DNA of 64,000 nt from the NCBI GenBank assembly GCA_963726455.1, contig CAVSCK010000003.1:160001-224000 (forward strand). Direction: 5' to 3'. Shown here in pieces: positions 10,801 through 20,119 of this stretch. A model generated the notes under the pieces. The model was given only the letters and a program-made list of their open reading frames with translations. It was not told where the DNA came from and ran no database searches. The position numbers and the translations under genes are program-made. This DNA comes from an uncultured bacterium. GTDB taxonomy: Bacteria; Zixibacteria; MSB-5A5; CAIYYT01. Position 1 is the stretch's first letter; each line of letters begins with the position of its first letter.

Positions 10801-11662
10801 GAATGTAGTCCTCACCGCCGAAAACTCCGTCCTCCTCGCCGTGAACCGCAATGGCCACTTCCGCAAGCGAGTCCCGCGCGCTGGAGTTGGGAATTGGCAG
10901 TGTTTTTCCGCCGGCGCTGAACAGACGCAAACTGCGCGGATCGACCGTTGCGACATCGATGCCTGCCGTCGACAAATCGGTGCGGGTAATCTTGTAAATG
11001 CCTCTCGTCTTAATTGCTATCCTCAGCCAGTTCGTCGACTGTGAAAACGGATTATATGTGGTTCCCTGTGCGGAGACTGAAGTCTTCGGATACCAGGTTT
11101 CCCTCTGATCGGAATTGATTGCAAGATTGGCAATTACGTTATCCAGCGGTCCGTCCGGACGCGAAGAACTGGTTTCTGGTATGCCTTCGAACTGTATGTG
11201 GACGTCTGCTCCAACTACCTTGCGAAGCTCGGAACCTTGGCTCCCAGCTTCAGGGATGAGAACCGAACAAAGAGCCTTGGAGCGGACAGTGACAACCTTG
11301 CCAAGGCGTATCTTCGCAAGTGAATCCGGAGGTGCGGTTGCCGTACCGGCTGCACTTCCGAGATTCAGCGAACTGCTTATCAGGCGCGGAGTTGTGCCTC
11401 GCGGCACCAGGAACATGATTACATGTGTATTGACAAAGGATGTGTCATCAACCGGAACTGCCACTTGCGATGCCTTGTTTAGATCACCGGCAACACTGGC
11501 TTTCCCTGACTTCGAGATGGAATCCCCAAAGGACACGCCGAACGACAGGTCGGTGGCAGAAGAAGCAACCACTGACACGGCTGACTGCGTATTTGCGAAT
11601 AGCTGGTTTGTGCCTAATATGAGATATGATATGAGAAGGGTTAACGCGCAGAATTGTGACAC
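7814..11662 (-). CDS. porU: T9SS sortase PorU (peptidase C25, gingipain fold)
   Basis: NYIGHGNPNLWADE and FNASCSIGFFD His/Cys dyad; YIGDP; DTTGP...GINLSGDIGH; KAWDSANNSS; YPNP...NGVY C-terminal domain. Confidence 0.9.
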   Translation of the reverse strand: MSQFCALTLLISYLILGTNQLFANTQSAVSVVASSATDLSFGVSFGDSISKSGKASVAGDLNKASQVAVPVDDTSFVNTHVIMFLVPRGTTPRLISSSLNLGSAAGTATAPPDSLAKIRLGKVVTVRSKALCSVLIPEAGSQGSELRKVVGADVHIQFEGIPETSSSRPDGPLDNVIANLAINSDQRETWYPKTSVSAQGTTYNPFSQSTNWLRIAIKTRGIYKITRTDLSTAGIDVATVDPRSLRLFSAGGKTLPIPNSSARDSLAEVAIAVHGEEDGVFGGEDYILFYANGPDFWDWSDALTYRLNPYGDRNVFYLTYGGSFGWSPRRMATVNGTETAATDTVRTFVDPLHFEDEKVLASHGGVIEDYFHWYWSDNPTVDIFLNLPAPVEGAWQNFRVRGYSGQMAVRLNGTDLTPDSTRTPFFYFHSDRFDSALNQIGLTLTASPYGTLTDYIEINYERPVILPATGELVLFGDTSDVSHNYQIAGGSLTTAVLDVTDIGNQKLVAPLYGSDFVEFVSTPTVAGGKVFALATDAAIRKPFSIVATQIDDIRSSSNGADLIIIAHDNFYSQAVDFANYRANHDGIRVRVVRISDVYAQFSGGMMDPIAIRDFLRYAYGNWSGARPSFCLLAGDGVYDFRNDMGKGGVNYVPPYIVPNDSTISDENFVYFGEPYELDADNSYPTDRGVDMVIARWPVKTAGEFQVVAQKMMNYEAAANNGSWRNLVTLIADDLNHPGSGPEIQHTVDSEQLASGSIPPKFDLNKVYGVDYPFVGNEKPAAREAIIRSINNGTLLVNYIGHGNPNLWADERMFRRIQDIPQLHNSDRLPLIFNASCSIGFFDDPLSEGMAEELLRYPSGGAVGTVSATRLVFSRPNFLFNQAAFAQLFNGKDYTIAEAVYVAKLLRQGSWDARDNDRKYIYIGDPMTRLGVAPDQINFVTFQPDSLVALTVTELAGQVEDKNGALQSGFSGTATVSVFDNERTRRFQYTATTDSSYVQYGPEIYRGKVDVTSGVFNLKFVVPKDVSYGGTRARISGYAVSANSGAAGYVFPIAIGSINTSVNDTTGPDLAVYFADDPAKSDNAQISQDAKVTLDLFDSLGINLSGDIGHGIELVIDDSREMTYALTDSFVYNPGSYQRGKAVITLPKLNPGEHRLRAKAWDSANNSSQKEIAFKVSSASGLEIAQLLCYPNPVADKCQFAYILSDDASDVTLKVFTVSGLEILSLSNLPQSSGYHDGIHWDLRDTDGDIIANGVYIFQLSAKPADSQDNKRIMSASKLVVMK

Positions 11663-12162
11663 TGTTTTATCGACCTTATATTAGAGCATTCGAGTATAGC
11701 TGCCGGAGTTACTGATGTAAACAAAAAATCCAGCTACCCAACGTGCTCTGGTTTTCGGATGTACTTCTGCCAAGGCAGAGTTACACTTTACCTATCGGTC
11801 GATAAAACCTCTCTGATTCTCCTTCGTCCAATAGAAAATAACGGCTAAGTTGCTGATTTGTCAAGTGCCACGTCCAAATTCCTGCAATTTCCTTGCCGGG
11901 GAAACGGCTCAGAATGCGAAATCGGCCATTTTCCGGCTTTCGCTGCTCTGAATCGGCAAAATTGAGCAGAAAAAGAAGCCGGACGGAAATCTTTTGACGC
12001 TGGCAGAATCCCCAAATTTGCACTGATATGCACAATATGTGAGCCGGCTTGTCGTCCGTGCAACCTTGGGCAGCCAAAAGAGTACTTGAATTTGCGGAGC
12101 GATTTAGTATACTAAGTCCAAGACTTACCTCAAGTAATGGACTTACCGGCAGGAGATTCGCA

Positions 12163-13563
12163 ATGCATCGTGTAGTAATTGCACTGGCTTTAATAGGATT
12201 GTTACTTGCCTCTGCTAATTCCAACGGGCAACACTTTCCCACACCTTATGTTCCATCAGCTCACAGCGCCACGGGGACGAGCACGACATTTCAATTCGAT
12301 ATCCCCTCGACATCTCTGGTCGATTCAACCATGACGCATCAATTGGTGTATCGCGATACGACATCACTGGGCTGGATTCATACGGTGATGGCAGAGCTCT
12401 ATCAGTCTTGCACGACCTCAACATACAGCGCCGCCATCAATTTCACTCCTCCATCCGGAACCATGGAATGGTATTTCCGGTCCGAGGGCGACACGGTAGT
12501 CATTAGTATGTCGCCAAAAAACAGCGCGAATACTTTTCCTTTACCTTCGCATATGATGGCCGACATGGGAAGCGATTCCGTCGGTGACGCCGTCGGTGCT
12601 ACCGGTCCGTATCTCGACCTGACCGGAATGCAGATGGGATATTCAGACACCAAAATCTACGCCCGCATCACAAATGTCAGCGGCGGTTACCCCACCAATT
12701 CCGGCACAACGTTTTTTCTCTATGGTGTCGGAGTGATCAATCCTGACGAGACTGATTCAGTCGGCTACGCGATGATATATGTCAACGTGCCGTTCATTAT
12801 GACATCGGGATTATATCGCATCAATCCGGTCGATACATCATTCAGCAAGATCGGCAACATCAGCACTAACATTTCGGGCACTGCGTTGTCGATGTCGTGC
12901 AATATCAGCGACTTGACGGCGCAACCGGGATGGGGAGTCTGGCCGCCGCCATCAGGATTTATTCTGACCGCGCCGATGACTGCCACGCAGACGCTCTCCG
13001 GGTTCACGACCAACGACGTCGGCAAGGGTGGCGTGTTCCTGCCGTCCTCGCACATTATTCACTTTGGTGGATCCAACGCTGCACCGACTCTCACCGGTGT
13101 GTCGATTGTAGCTTCGCCGCCTGACACAGTTAAAGCACAAGTTACATATACTGACGCTAACAAAGATCTGCCGGTTTTGCGTGAGCTATACTTCGGCGCT
13201 CAGGTTTACCTGATGACTGCTTGCGAGAAGAGTTACGGTTCAGGCGCAGTATTTGGCATGGAACTCACTACCGGCACCTCCGGCTGGTTTCAATATCATT
13301 TCCGATTTTCAGATGGACGCGACACGGTGACGACGCCGGTCGATTCTCTGCACGTAGTTATTCCCGTTCGCGGCGATGCTGACGGAAGCGGCAGCATTGA
13401 TATATCGGACGTGGTCTTCCTGATATCCTATATCTTTTCCGGCGGTCCGTCGCCAAATCCTCTCTTTACGGGGGATGCCAATTGTGACGGCGCCGTGGAT
13501 ATCAGCGATGCGGTTTATCTCATCGCATATATCTTCTCCGGCGGTCCGGCGCCCTGTAAGTAG
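12163..13563 (+). CDS. Secreted protein with C-terminal dockerin type I domain
   Basis: AGGAGA RBS before ATG 12163; signal peptide; duplicated GDADGSGSIDISDVVFLISYIF / GDANCDGAVDISDAVYLIAYIF. Confidence 0.85.
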   Translation: MHRVVIALALIGLLLASANSNGQHFPTPYVPSAHSATGTSTTFQFDIPSTSLVDSTMTHQLVYRDTTSLGWIHTVMAELYQSCTTSTYSAAINFTPPSGTMEWYFRSEGDTVVISMSPKNSANTFPLPSHMMADMGSDSVGDAVGATGPYLDLTGMQMGYSDTKIYARITNVSGGYPTNSGTTFFLYGVGVINPDETDSVGYAMIYVNVPFIMTSGLYRINPVDTSFSKIGNISTNISGTALSMSCNISDLTAQPGWGVWPPPSGFILTAPMTATQTLSGFTTNDVGKGGVFLPSSHIIHFGGSNAAPTLTGVSIVASPPDTVKAQVTYTDANKDLPVLRELYFGAQVYLMTACEKSYGSGAVFGMELTTGTSGWFQYHFRFSDGRDTVTTPVDSLHVVIPVRGDADGSGSIDISDVVFLISYIFSGGPSPNPLFTGDANCDGAVDISDAVYLIAYIFSGGPAPCK

Positions 13564-13707
13564 TCGGTCACTGTCAGCACTATCGCGTATCCTCAATGTC
13601 AGGGGTGACTTGGCATCGACTGGGGTTTGGCAAACGGGTTGTCTTCAGAGTTTTTCTGCAGCCGGAACCCACAGTCGCGTAACCAGCTACGTAAAAAGAT
13701 AAAATGA

Positions 13708-13736
13708 TTGACGCGTGCGCGGGAAATTGCTACTTT
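13708..13736 (+). promoter_or_regulatory. Sigma70-like promoter, probably giving a leaderless ispB mRNA
   Basis: TTGACG-17 nt-TACTTT, then 7 nt to in-frame ATG 13744 with no Shine-Dalgarno. Confidence 0.5.
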
Positions 13737-13743
13737 CTTCACA

Positions 13744-14727
13744 ATGATAAAGAGCGACGAACTAAAGGAGTTGGCGAAACCGATCGAGGCGGACTTACAG
13801 CGTATTGCGAAATTGGAATCGAAAACGCTGAAGAATGAATCGCCTCTGATTTTTGCCATATCCAGACATATTCTTAACAGCCGGGGCAAGCGCCTCCGGC
13901 CGCTGTTCACCTTTCTGATCAGCAAGACTACCGGCTTTAAGTCCCCTTATCTTGTCGAGGCGGCGCTGGCAGTTGAGATGATTCATACAGCGACGCTGCT
14001 GCATGATGACGTTGTTGATGAATCGGAGACGAGGCGCGGCGTCAATACCGTCAACAGCAAATGGAATAATCTCATTTCCGTGTTGATGGGTGACTATTTC
14101 TTCGCCAAGGCGTTCACGCTGCTGGTCAAGACCGGCTCTCCCGAAATGCTGAAGCGCGTATCAATGGCGACCGAACGGGTGGCTGTCGGGGAGTTGCGCC
14201 AGATTGAGGAATCGTTCAATTACGAACTGACTGAGGAAGAATATCTGAAGATCATTTCCGATAAGACGGCATCGCTATTCCAGACATCCGCGGTCTCGCC
14301 GCCGCTGCTTCATGGCGCGCCCGCGGCAATGGTCGACCGGTTGGCGAAGTTCGGGGAGTTGGCCGGCTGCGCGTTTCAGATTGCTGACGACCTCTTGGAC
14401 TTCGTTGGCGAAGAAAAGCGTACCGGTAAGAAACCGGGCAACGATCTCGTGCAGGGGAAGATCACGCTGCCACTGATATATTCGTTCGGGAGGAGCCAGA
14501 CGCGCACTCGACAGAGCGTTATCAAAATTCTCGAAAAGGGCCTGAAGAAAGATGATTTCGGGCGCGTGCTCGATTTTGTTCACACCTCGGGCGGAATTGA
14601 TTATGCCCGCGAACGCGCCAGTTCACTTGCAGACAAAGCCCTTTCCTATCTGGAGCCGTTTAGCGGCAATCGCTATTACGAGTCACTGGAGCGACTGGCT
14701 ACGTTCTCCATAAATCGTGACGTTTAA
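13744..14727 (+). CDS. ispB: Polyprenyl diphosphate synthase (IspB/HepT family)
   Basis: GKRLRP, LLHDDVVDESETRRG and FQIADDLLD aspartate-rich motifs. Confidence 0.9.
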   Translation: MIKSDELKELAKPIEADLQRIAKLESKTLKNESPLIFAISRHILNSRGKRLRPLFTFLISKTTGFKSPYLVEAALAVEMIHTATLLHDDVVDESETRRGVNTVNSKWNNLISVLMGDYFFAKAFTLLVKTGSPEMLKRVSMATERVAVGELRQIEESFNYELTEEEYLKIISDKTASLFQTSAVSPPLLHGAPAAMVDRLAKFGELAGCAFQIADDLLDFVGEEKRTGKKPGNDLVQGKITLPLIYSFGRSQTRTRQSVIKILEKGLKKDDFGRVLDFVHTSGGIDYARERASSLADKALSYLEPFSGNRYYESLERLATFSINRDV

Positions 14728-14774
14728 TCCTTCAGAATTCATCCGCTGCTCAAACTGAGAGTATAAGTTATCAG

Positions 14775-16961
14775 ATGCAGCATATCGTCTTAGTCGCAGG
14801 TTACAGCATCGCCTTTACGACCGTGTGGCCGTGGTTGATTGCTTTGGTATTCGTGGCCGCCCTGGTTGCCACGTACTTCTACTACCGGCGCACCAACCCC
14901 ATGTTGCCACGCAAACTGCGAATTCTCCTCGGCGTGATTCGCGGGCTGGCCCTCGCGGCGCTGTTCTTCGTGTTTGCCGAGCCGCTCCTGGTGATCAAAC
15001 ACACGGATAGCAAGCAACCGACAGTCGCCGTTGTAGTTGATAATTCGTCTTCCATGTCGCAGAATCGAAATTCAGCAGACCAGTTCAAGGCCATCGAAAG
15101 CTACGTGAAAGACGTCGAGTCCAAGATACCCGCCGGTACGCAAGTCGTGTGGTATGCGCTGGCAGACACGCTCAACCAGGATGCCAAGATTACCGGCACC
15201 ATGCCGGTAACAGCTATTGGTGACGGACTGAACGATCTGGCTGAGATGTATGACAATCAAAATCTTCAGGGTGTCGTGTTGTTGACTGACGGTGTCTCGA
15301 ACGTCGGTCGCAACCCCGTGACCGAAGCGAGAAAACTGGGTGTGCCAATTACGACTGTCGGATTTGGCAGCCCGAATCCGCTGCCTGATATCCGGGTCGT
15401 CGACGTCAACTGCAATCCCATCGGGTTTGCCGGCAAGGATTTTCCGGTGCAGGTCGTCATTGAGTCCCGCGGATTCGAGAATTTGCGGCTGCCGGTGCGA
15501 ATAAGAGCCGGCCAGACCGTCCTCGCTCAGCAGGAAGTTGATTTGGTGGGAAATGGCAAACAGCAGACTGTTTCGCTGTCATTCACACCTCAGTCGGAAG
15601 GCACCCTGACACTGGAAGCATCCACGCCCGTGCAGTCCAATGAGGAATCGGAAAAGAACAACAGCAAACAAGTGCAGGTCAAGATCCGCAGGAGCCAGAT
15701 CAAGATTCTGCTCGGAATGGCCTATCTCAACTGGGAATACAAGTTCCTGAACCAGACTCTTTCAGCCAAGAAGGACTTCAGCGTTGATACCTATATCGAC
15801 TCCAAACAGCGAATCGGCGGCACGATACCGTTTCCCGAGAACATCGACGCCCTGAACGAGTACGATGCGATCTTTCTTTATGATTTCGACGGCGACTGGC
15901 TGAATCGGCACAAGCAGCTCTTCGATGCCTTTTTCGAACGCTCCGGCAAGGGATTATTCTTCATCGCCGGCGAAAATTTCGGCAGCAAGCCAAGGGACGG
16001 ATATGCCGAAGAATTTCTTCCCTATCGCTTTACCCAGGGCATGCGGACGATTGTTCAACAGCCGACGCCCATGACTCTGACTGAGCGCGGGAAGATTCAT
16101 CCCATCATGAGACTCGCGGACGACGTCGGCCAGACGCAGCGTTTCCTCAATGCGTTGCCACCCTTTTCGGGGTTCCTGCAGTCGGCGCAAGTTAACCGGG
16201 AAGCTATCGTAATCGCCACTGGGCCGTCGGCAATACTTGGCGACGCAGAGAGTCCGATCATGGCAGTTCAGCGTTATCACAATAGCAAGATTGCTCTGTT
16301 GTCGGCGTTTCCACTTTGGAAGCTTGACTTCCTGTCAAAGGGCGTCAACGACGCCGATTCAACTGTGACGCACATTCTCGATAATATGGTGCTGTGGCTG
16401 GTGGCGCGGGATGATGTCGAACGTATCGCGATTACACCCGACAAGCCCATTTTTGTTGCCGGTGAAGCGGTGCGGTTGAATGCCAGAGTATTGGACGAAA
16501 GTTATCAGCCGGTCGCCGACGCTGAAGTTGAAGCGCGGCTGACCAACCCGCAGAGCCCCAAGGATTCGAGCGTCGTCAGTTTCCAGATGATCCGACCGGG
16601 AAGCTATCTCGCGACTCTGCACTATCTCCCATCGGGCAACTATGATGTGCACGGCACGATCAAGCGCGACAAAGTCCAAATCGGTACACCAAGCACGAAC
16701 TTCTCAGTGGAACCATACAGTCTAGAGGATCTGTCGCATATCTCTGACTTTGATATGCTCAAGCGCATCAGCGAAGTTTCGGGCGGTCAATTCTATCCCG
16801 CCCCTGACACGGCGGCGATACCCCGCTTCGCTGCTCACCAAGTCAAGACAACCGTGCGACGATCCGAGATTGGCCTATTCGATCATCCCCTGCTCTTGGG
16901 CATCATCATTGTTGCACTGTGCGTGGAATGGTATCTGCGGAAGCGGTATCAGCTACTCTAG
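14775..16961 (+). CDS. Membrane-anchored vWA-domain protein with Ig-like and GATase-like domains
   Basis: Two N-terminal TM helices; MIDAS DNSSSM and LLTDG; C-terminal TM ending EWYLRKR. Confidence 0.75.
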   Translation: MQHIVLVAGYSIAFTTVWPWLIALVFVAALVATYFYYRRTNPMLPRKLRILLGVIRGLALAALFFVFAEPLLVIKHTDSKQPTVAVVVDNSSSMSQNRNSADQFKAIESYVKDVESKIPAGTQVVWYALADTLNQDAKITGTMPVTAIGDGLNDLAEMYDNQNLQGVVLLTDGVSNVGRNPVTEARKLGVPITTVGFGSPNPLPDIRVVDVNCNPIGFAGKDFPVQVVIESRGFENLRLPVRIRAGQTVLAQQEVDLVGNGKQQTVSLSFTPQSEGTLTLEASTPVQSNEESEKNNSKQVQVKIRRSQIKILLGMAYLNWEYKFLNQTLSAKKDFSVDTYIDSKQRIGGTIPFPENIDALNEYDAIFLYDFDGDWLNRHKQLFDAFFERSGKGLFFIAGENFGSKPRDGYAEEFLPYRFTQGMRTIVQQPTPMTLTERGKIHPIMRLADDVGQTQRFLNALPPFSGFLQSAQVNREAIVIATGPSAILGDAESPIMAVQRYHNSKIALLSAFPLWKLDFLSKGVNDADSTVTHILDNMVLWLVARDDVERIAITPDKPIFVAGEAVRLNARVLDESYQPVADAEVEARLTNPQSPKDSSVVSFQMIRPGSYLATLHYLPSGNYDVHGTIKRDKVQIGTPSTNFSVEPYSLEDLSHISDFDMLKRISEVSGGQFYPAPDTAAIPRFAAHQVKTTVRRSEIGLFDHPLLLGIIIVALCVEWYLRKRYQLL

Positions 16962-16976
16962 TCGCAACTCAATCAG

Positions 16977-18527
16977 CTATTCCCACTCGATGGTTGCCGG
17001 CGGTTTGGAACTAATGTCGTAAACGACGCGGTTCACGCCTTTAACATTGTTAATAATCAAATTTGAGGCCTCGCCGAGAACCTCGTGCGGAATCTTTGCC
17101 CAATCGGCGGTCATGCCGTCCATCGATGTGACGGCACGGAGCGCGACCACGTAATCATAAGTCCGCTCGTCACCCATTACACCGACAGTTTTGATAGGTA
17201 GCAGCGTCGAAAACGCCTGCCAGATTTCATCGTAAAGATCTCTCTTACGCAGCAGATCGATGAAAATTGCGTCGACCTTACGAAGTATACTCAATCGTTC
17301 GGGAGTGATTTCTCCGAGAACGCGCACCGCCAGACCCGGACCGGGGAATGGATGCCGTCCCAGTATGTGATGCGCCAGTCCGAGTTGGCTGCCGATTTCG
17401 CGGACTTCATCTTTAAACAACTCCCGCAACGGTTCGATCAACTCCAGATGCATCTTATCCGGAAGCCCCCCGACATTGTGATGGGATTTGATCGTCGCTG
17501 ACGGCCCCTTGAAGGATACGGATTCGATGACATCAGGATAGAGTGTGCCCTGTGCAAGATACTTAATGTCGCCGTATCTGGTTGCCTCGCTCTCGAAAAC
17601 CTCAATGAAGATCCGACCAATGATTTTGCGTTTCTGTTCCGGATCGGTCACGCCTTTCAATTGATCAAGGAATTGCTCCGCGGCATCGACTCGGACAACG
17701 TGCAGGTCGAGATGGTCGAGTGCCTCCAGCACCTCATTTTCCTCGTTCTGGCGCAGCAGGCCGTTGTCAACGAATACGGCAACCAACCGATCACCAATAG
17801 CCCGGCGTAATAACAGGCCGGCGACTGCCGAGTCCACGCCGCCTGATATTCCCAGCACCACCTTCGAATTCCCTACCCGATTACGAATGTCCGCAACAGT
17901 CCGTTCGACAAACGAAGTCATCGTCCAGTCACCGGATATGTGGCAAATGTCAAACAGGAAATTGTGAAGTATCGTGCGACCATGTTCGGTATGAACAACT
18001 TCCGGATGAAATTGCAGACAGTATATCGCCGCCGCCTCGTTATCCATTGCCGCCACCGCAACATCACTTGTGGATGCAGTCACTACAAACCCGGGCGGCA
18101 AGGTCTTGATCGTATCGCCATGGCTCATCCAGACCGTTGATTTCGCGGGGAGGTTGTGGAACAACGCCGTCGATACATCTGCTTCAACTATGGCGCGGCC
18201 ATATTCGCGCGATTCGCTGCGCACCAGGCATCCGCCAAAATGTCTGCCGACCAGCTGCATTCCGTAACAGACACCGAGAACCGGAATCTTCAAATCGAAG
18301 AAGCGGTGATCGGCATCGGGCGCGCCCGGTTCCAACACGGAGGCCGGACCGCCGGAAAGAATAATGCCCTTGATGTTGCGAACCTTAAGCTTTTCAAACG
18401 CCACGTTGCAGGGATGAATTTCGCAGTAGACATGCATCTCGCGCACTCGGCGTGCGATCAACTGCGTGTATTGAGAGCCAAAATCCAGGATGAGGATCAG
18501 TTCATTCGCCTGTGATGTCATATCCAC
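16977..18527 (-). CDS. guaA: GMP synthase (glutamine-hydrolysing)
   Basis: LDFGSQYTQLIARR, GVCYGMQ, QFHPEV, SGGVDS, KPPATIEWE. Confidence 0.98.
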   Translation of the reverse strand: MDMTSQANELILILDFGSQYTQLIARRVREMHVYCEIHPCNVAFEKLKVRNIKGIILSGGPASVLEPGAPDADHRFFDLKIPVLGVCYGMQLVGRHFGGCLVRSESREYGRAIVEADVSTALFHNLPAKSTVWMSHGDTIKTLPPGFVVTASTSDVAVAAMDNEAAAIYCLQFHPEVVHTEHGRTILHNFLFDICHISGDWTMTSFVERTVADIRNRVGNSKVVLGISGGVDSAVAGLLLRRAIGDRLVAVFVDNGLLRQNEENEVLEALDHLDLHVVRVDAAEQFLDQLKGVTDPEQKRKIIGRIFIEVFESEATRYGDIKYLAQGTLYPDVIESVSFKGPSATIKSHHNVGGLPDKMHLELIEPLRELFKDEVREIGSQLGLAHHILGRHPFPGPGLAVRVLGEITPERLSILRKVDAIFIDLLRKRDLYDEIWQAFSTLLPIKTVGVMGDERTYDYVVALRAVTSMDGMTADWAKIPHEVLGEASNLIINNVKGVNRVVYDISSKPPATIEWE

Positions 18528-20119
18528 CTATCCTGCTTGCGAGTCAATTCCCGCTTCCAATGGACATCATCAAGCTCGGGGTAGTCATTGTTGAAGTGCA
18601 AGCCGCGTGATTCCTTGCGTTCGATTGCAAAACTGATGATGAGTTGTGCGGTCGTGGCAAGGTTGCGCAACTCGATGGCTTCATAACTCATACCCCGCGT
18701 ATGAATGTAATCTTCGATATCGGCAACTAGTGTGTCGACACGTTGGCGGGCGCGACCCAAACGATAGTCCGAACGCACGACACCGACGTAGTCCCACATC
18801 AGATTCAGCAATTCGCTACGGTCATGTTCCAATAGCACTCTCTCTTTGTGTTTGAGTCTTTCGCCGACCTCAGTGCCGAGGCGATCGGCCGCAACTTGCT
18901 CGACCAGAGCCGTGATATCAACCCTCTCGGCAACATCCGAAGCAAATCCAGCCATCGCTACCGCCTCCAGAAGTGAATTGGAGGCAAGCCGATTAGCGCC
19001 ATGCATACCGGTCATGGCAACTTCACCGCAAGCGTAGAGCGACTTAATGTCCGTGCGCCCGAACAGATCAGTCCTGACACCACCGCAACAATAGTGCGCC
19101 GCCGGAACGACCGGAATTCGTTCGCGAGTGATATCGAGGCCCAAATTCAGGCAAGTTTGATATATGTGGGGAAATCTTTCCTGGATAAAATCACGTCCCA
19201 GCGGAGTCATATCGAGCAGCACGTTGGGGTCGCCCGAGGCCTTAAGTTCGGCGTCAATCGCGCGCGCCACGGTATCACGTGGAGCCAGTTCCGCCATGGC
19301 ATGGTATTTATGCATAAACCGTTCTCCGCGTAGCGTCAGCAGCTGTGCCCCTTCGCCGCGAACCGCTTCGGAAATCAGGAACGAATTACCCTGTGGATGA
19401 TACAGCGACGTCGGATGAAACTGAATGAATTCCATGTTCGAGATCGCTGCCCCGGCGCGATACGCCATCGCGACTCCGTCTCCGGTGGCAATCGAGGGAT
19501 TGGTCGTATGTTTGTATACTACACCGACGCCGCCGGTGGCGAGCAAGACAGTACCGGCATAGAAATTACGCGCGTTGTGGGAACGACTATCCAAACATGT
19601 TACGCCGACGCACTGTTTCGCACCATTCAGGTCGACGGTGATCAAATCTACGGCGATATGATTTTCGTGAAGTTCGATATTCGGATTCTCGTGAACACGC
19701 TCCAGCAATGCCTTCTCAATTTCCCGTCCCGTAAAGTCGGCGGCATGAACCACGCGGCGCTCGGAATGGCCGCCTTCGCGTGAAAGTTCCAGCCGGTCTG
19801 ACGCTTGGGCACGTTCGCGGCTGAACTGCACTCCCAGCGAGATCAACTCTTCGATGCAGGAAGGTCCCCGCGTGACAATCTTCTCCACGACGTCCGGATG
19901 CGACAACCCGCAGCCGGTAGTCAGAGTGTCTGCCACGTGCTTTTCGAAGCTGTCGACGGTCGACATGACCGCCGCTATGCCACCCTGGGCGTAGTTGGTA
20001 TTCGAGTCGCTCTTTCGCTTTTTGGTGATAACAGCCACGCGTCCGCATGATGCGACCCTGAGAGCATACGTCAGTCCCGCAATACCCGAACCGATAACCA
20101 GGAAGTCAAATTTCAGCAC
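18518..20119 (-). CDS. nadB: L-aspartate oxidase
   Basis: GSGIAGL, SNTNYAQGGIA, REGGHS, QFHPT, HGANRLASNSLLE, ESRGLH. Confidence 0.96.
   Translation of the reverse strand: MLKFDFLVIGSGIAGLTYALRVASCGRVAVITKKRKSDSNTNYAQGGIAAVMSTVDSFEKHVADTLTTGCGLSHPDVVEKIVTRGPSCIEELISLGVQFSRERAQASDRLELSREGGHSERRVVHAADFTGREIEKALLERVHENPNIELHENHIAVDLITVDLNGAKQCVGVTCLDSRSHNARNFYAGTVLLATGGVGVVYKHTTNPSIATGDGVAMAYRAGAAISNMEFIQFHPTSLYHPQGNSFLISEAVRGEGAQLLTLRGERFMHKYHAMAELAPRDTVARAIDAELKASGDPNVLLDMTPLGRDFIQERFPHIYQTCLNLGLDITRERIPVVPAAHYCCGGVRTDLFGRTDIKSLYACGEVAMTGMHGANRLASNSLLEAVAMAGFASDVAERVDITALVEQVAADRLGTEVGERLKHKERVLLEHDRSELLNLMWDYVGVVRSDYRLGRARQRVDTLVADIEDYIHTRGMSYEAIELRNLATTAQLIISFAIERKESRGLHFNNDYPELDDVHWKRELTRKQDRWI

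Noticed and set aside
11790-11820. Sigma28-like promoter for porU (ACCGATAG on the minus strand)
   Set aside because: The -35 position reads AATC, too weak to support the call.
11115-12242. ORFs 11115-11684 (+) and 11781-12242 (-)
   Set aside because: Antisense shadows or intergenic ORFs with no motifs; the same applies to most short ORFs in the track.
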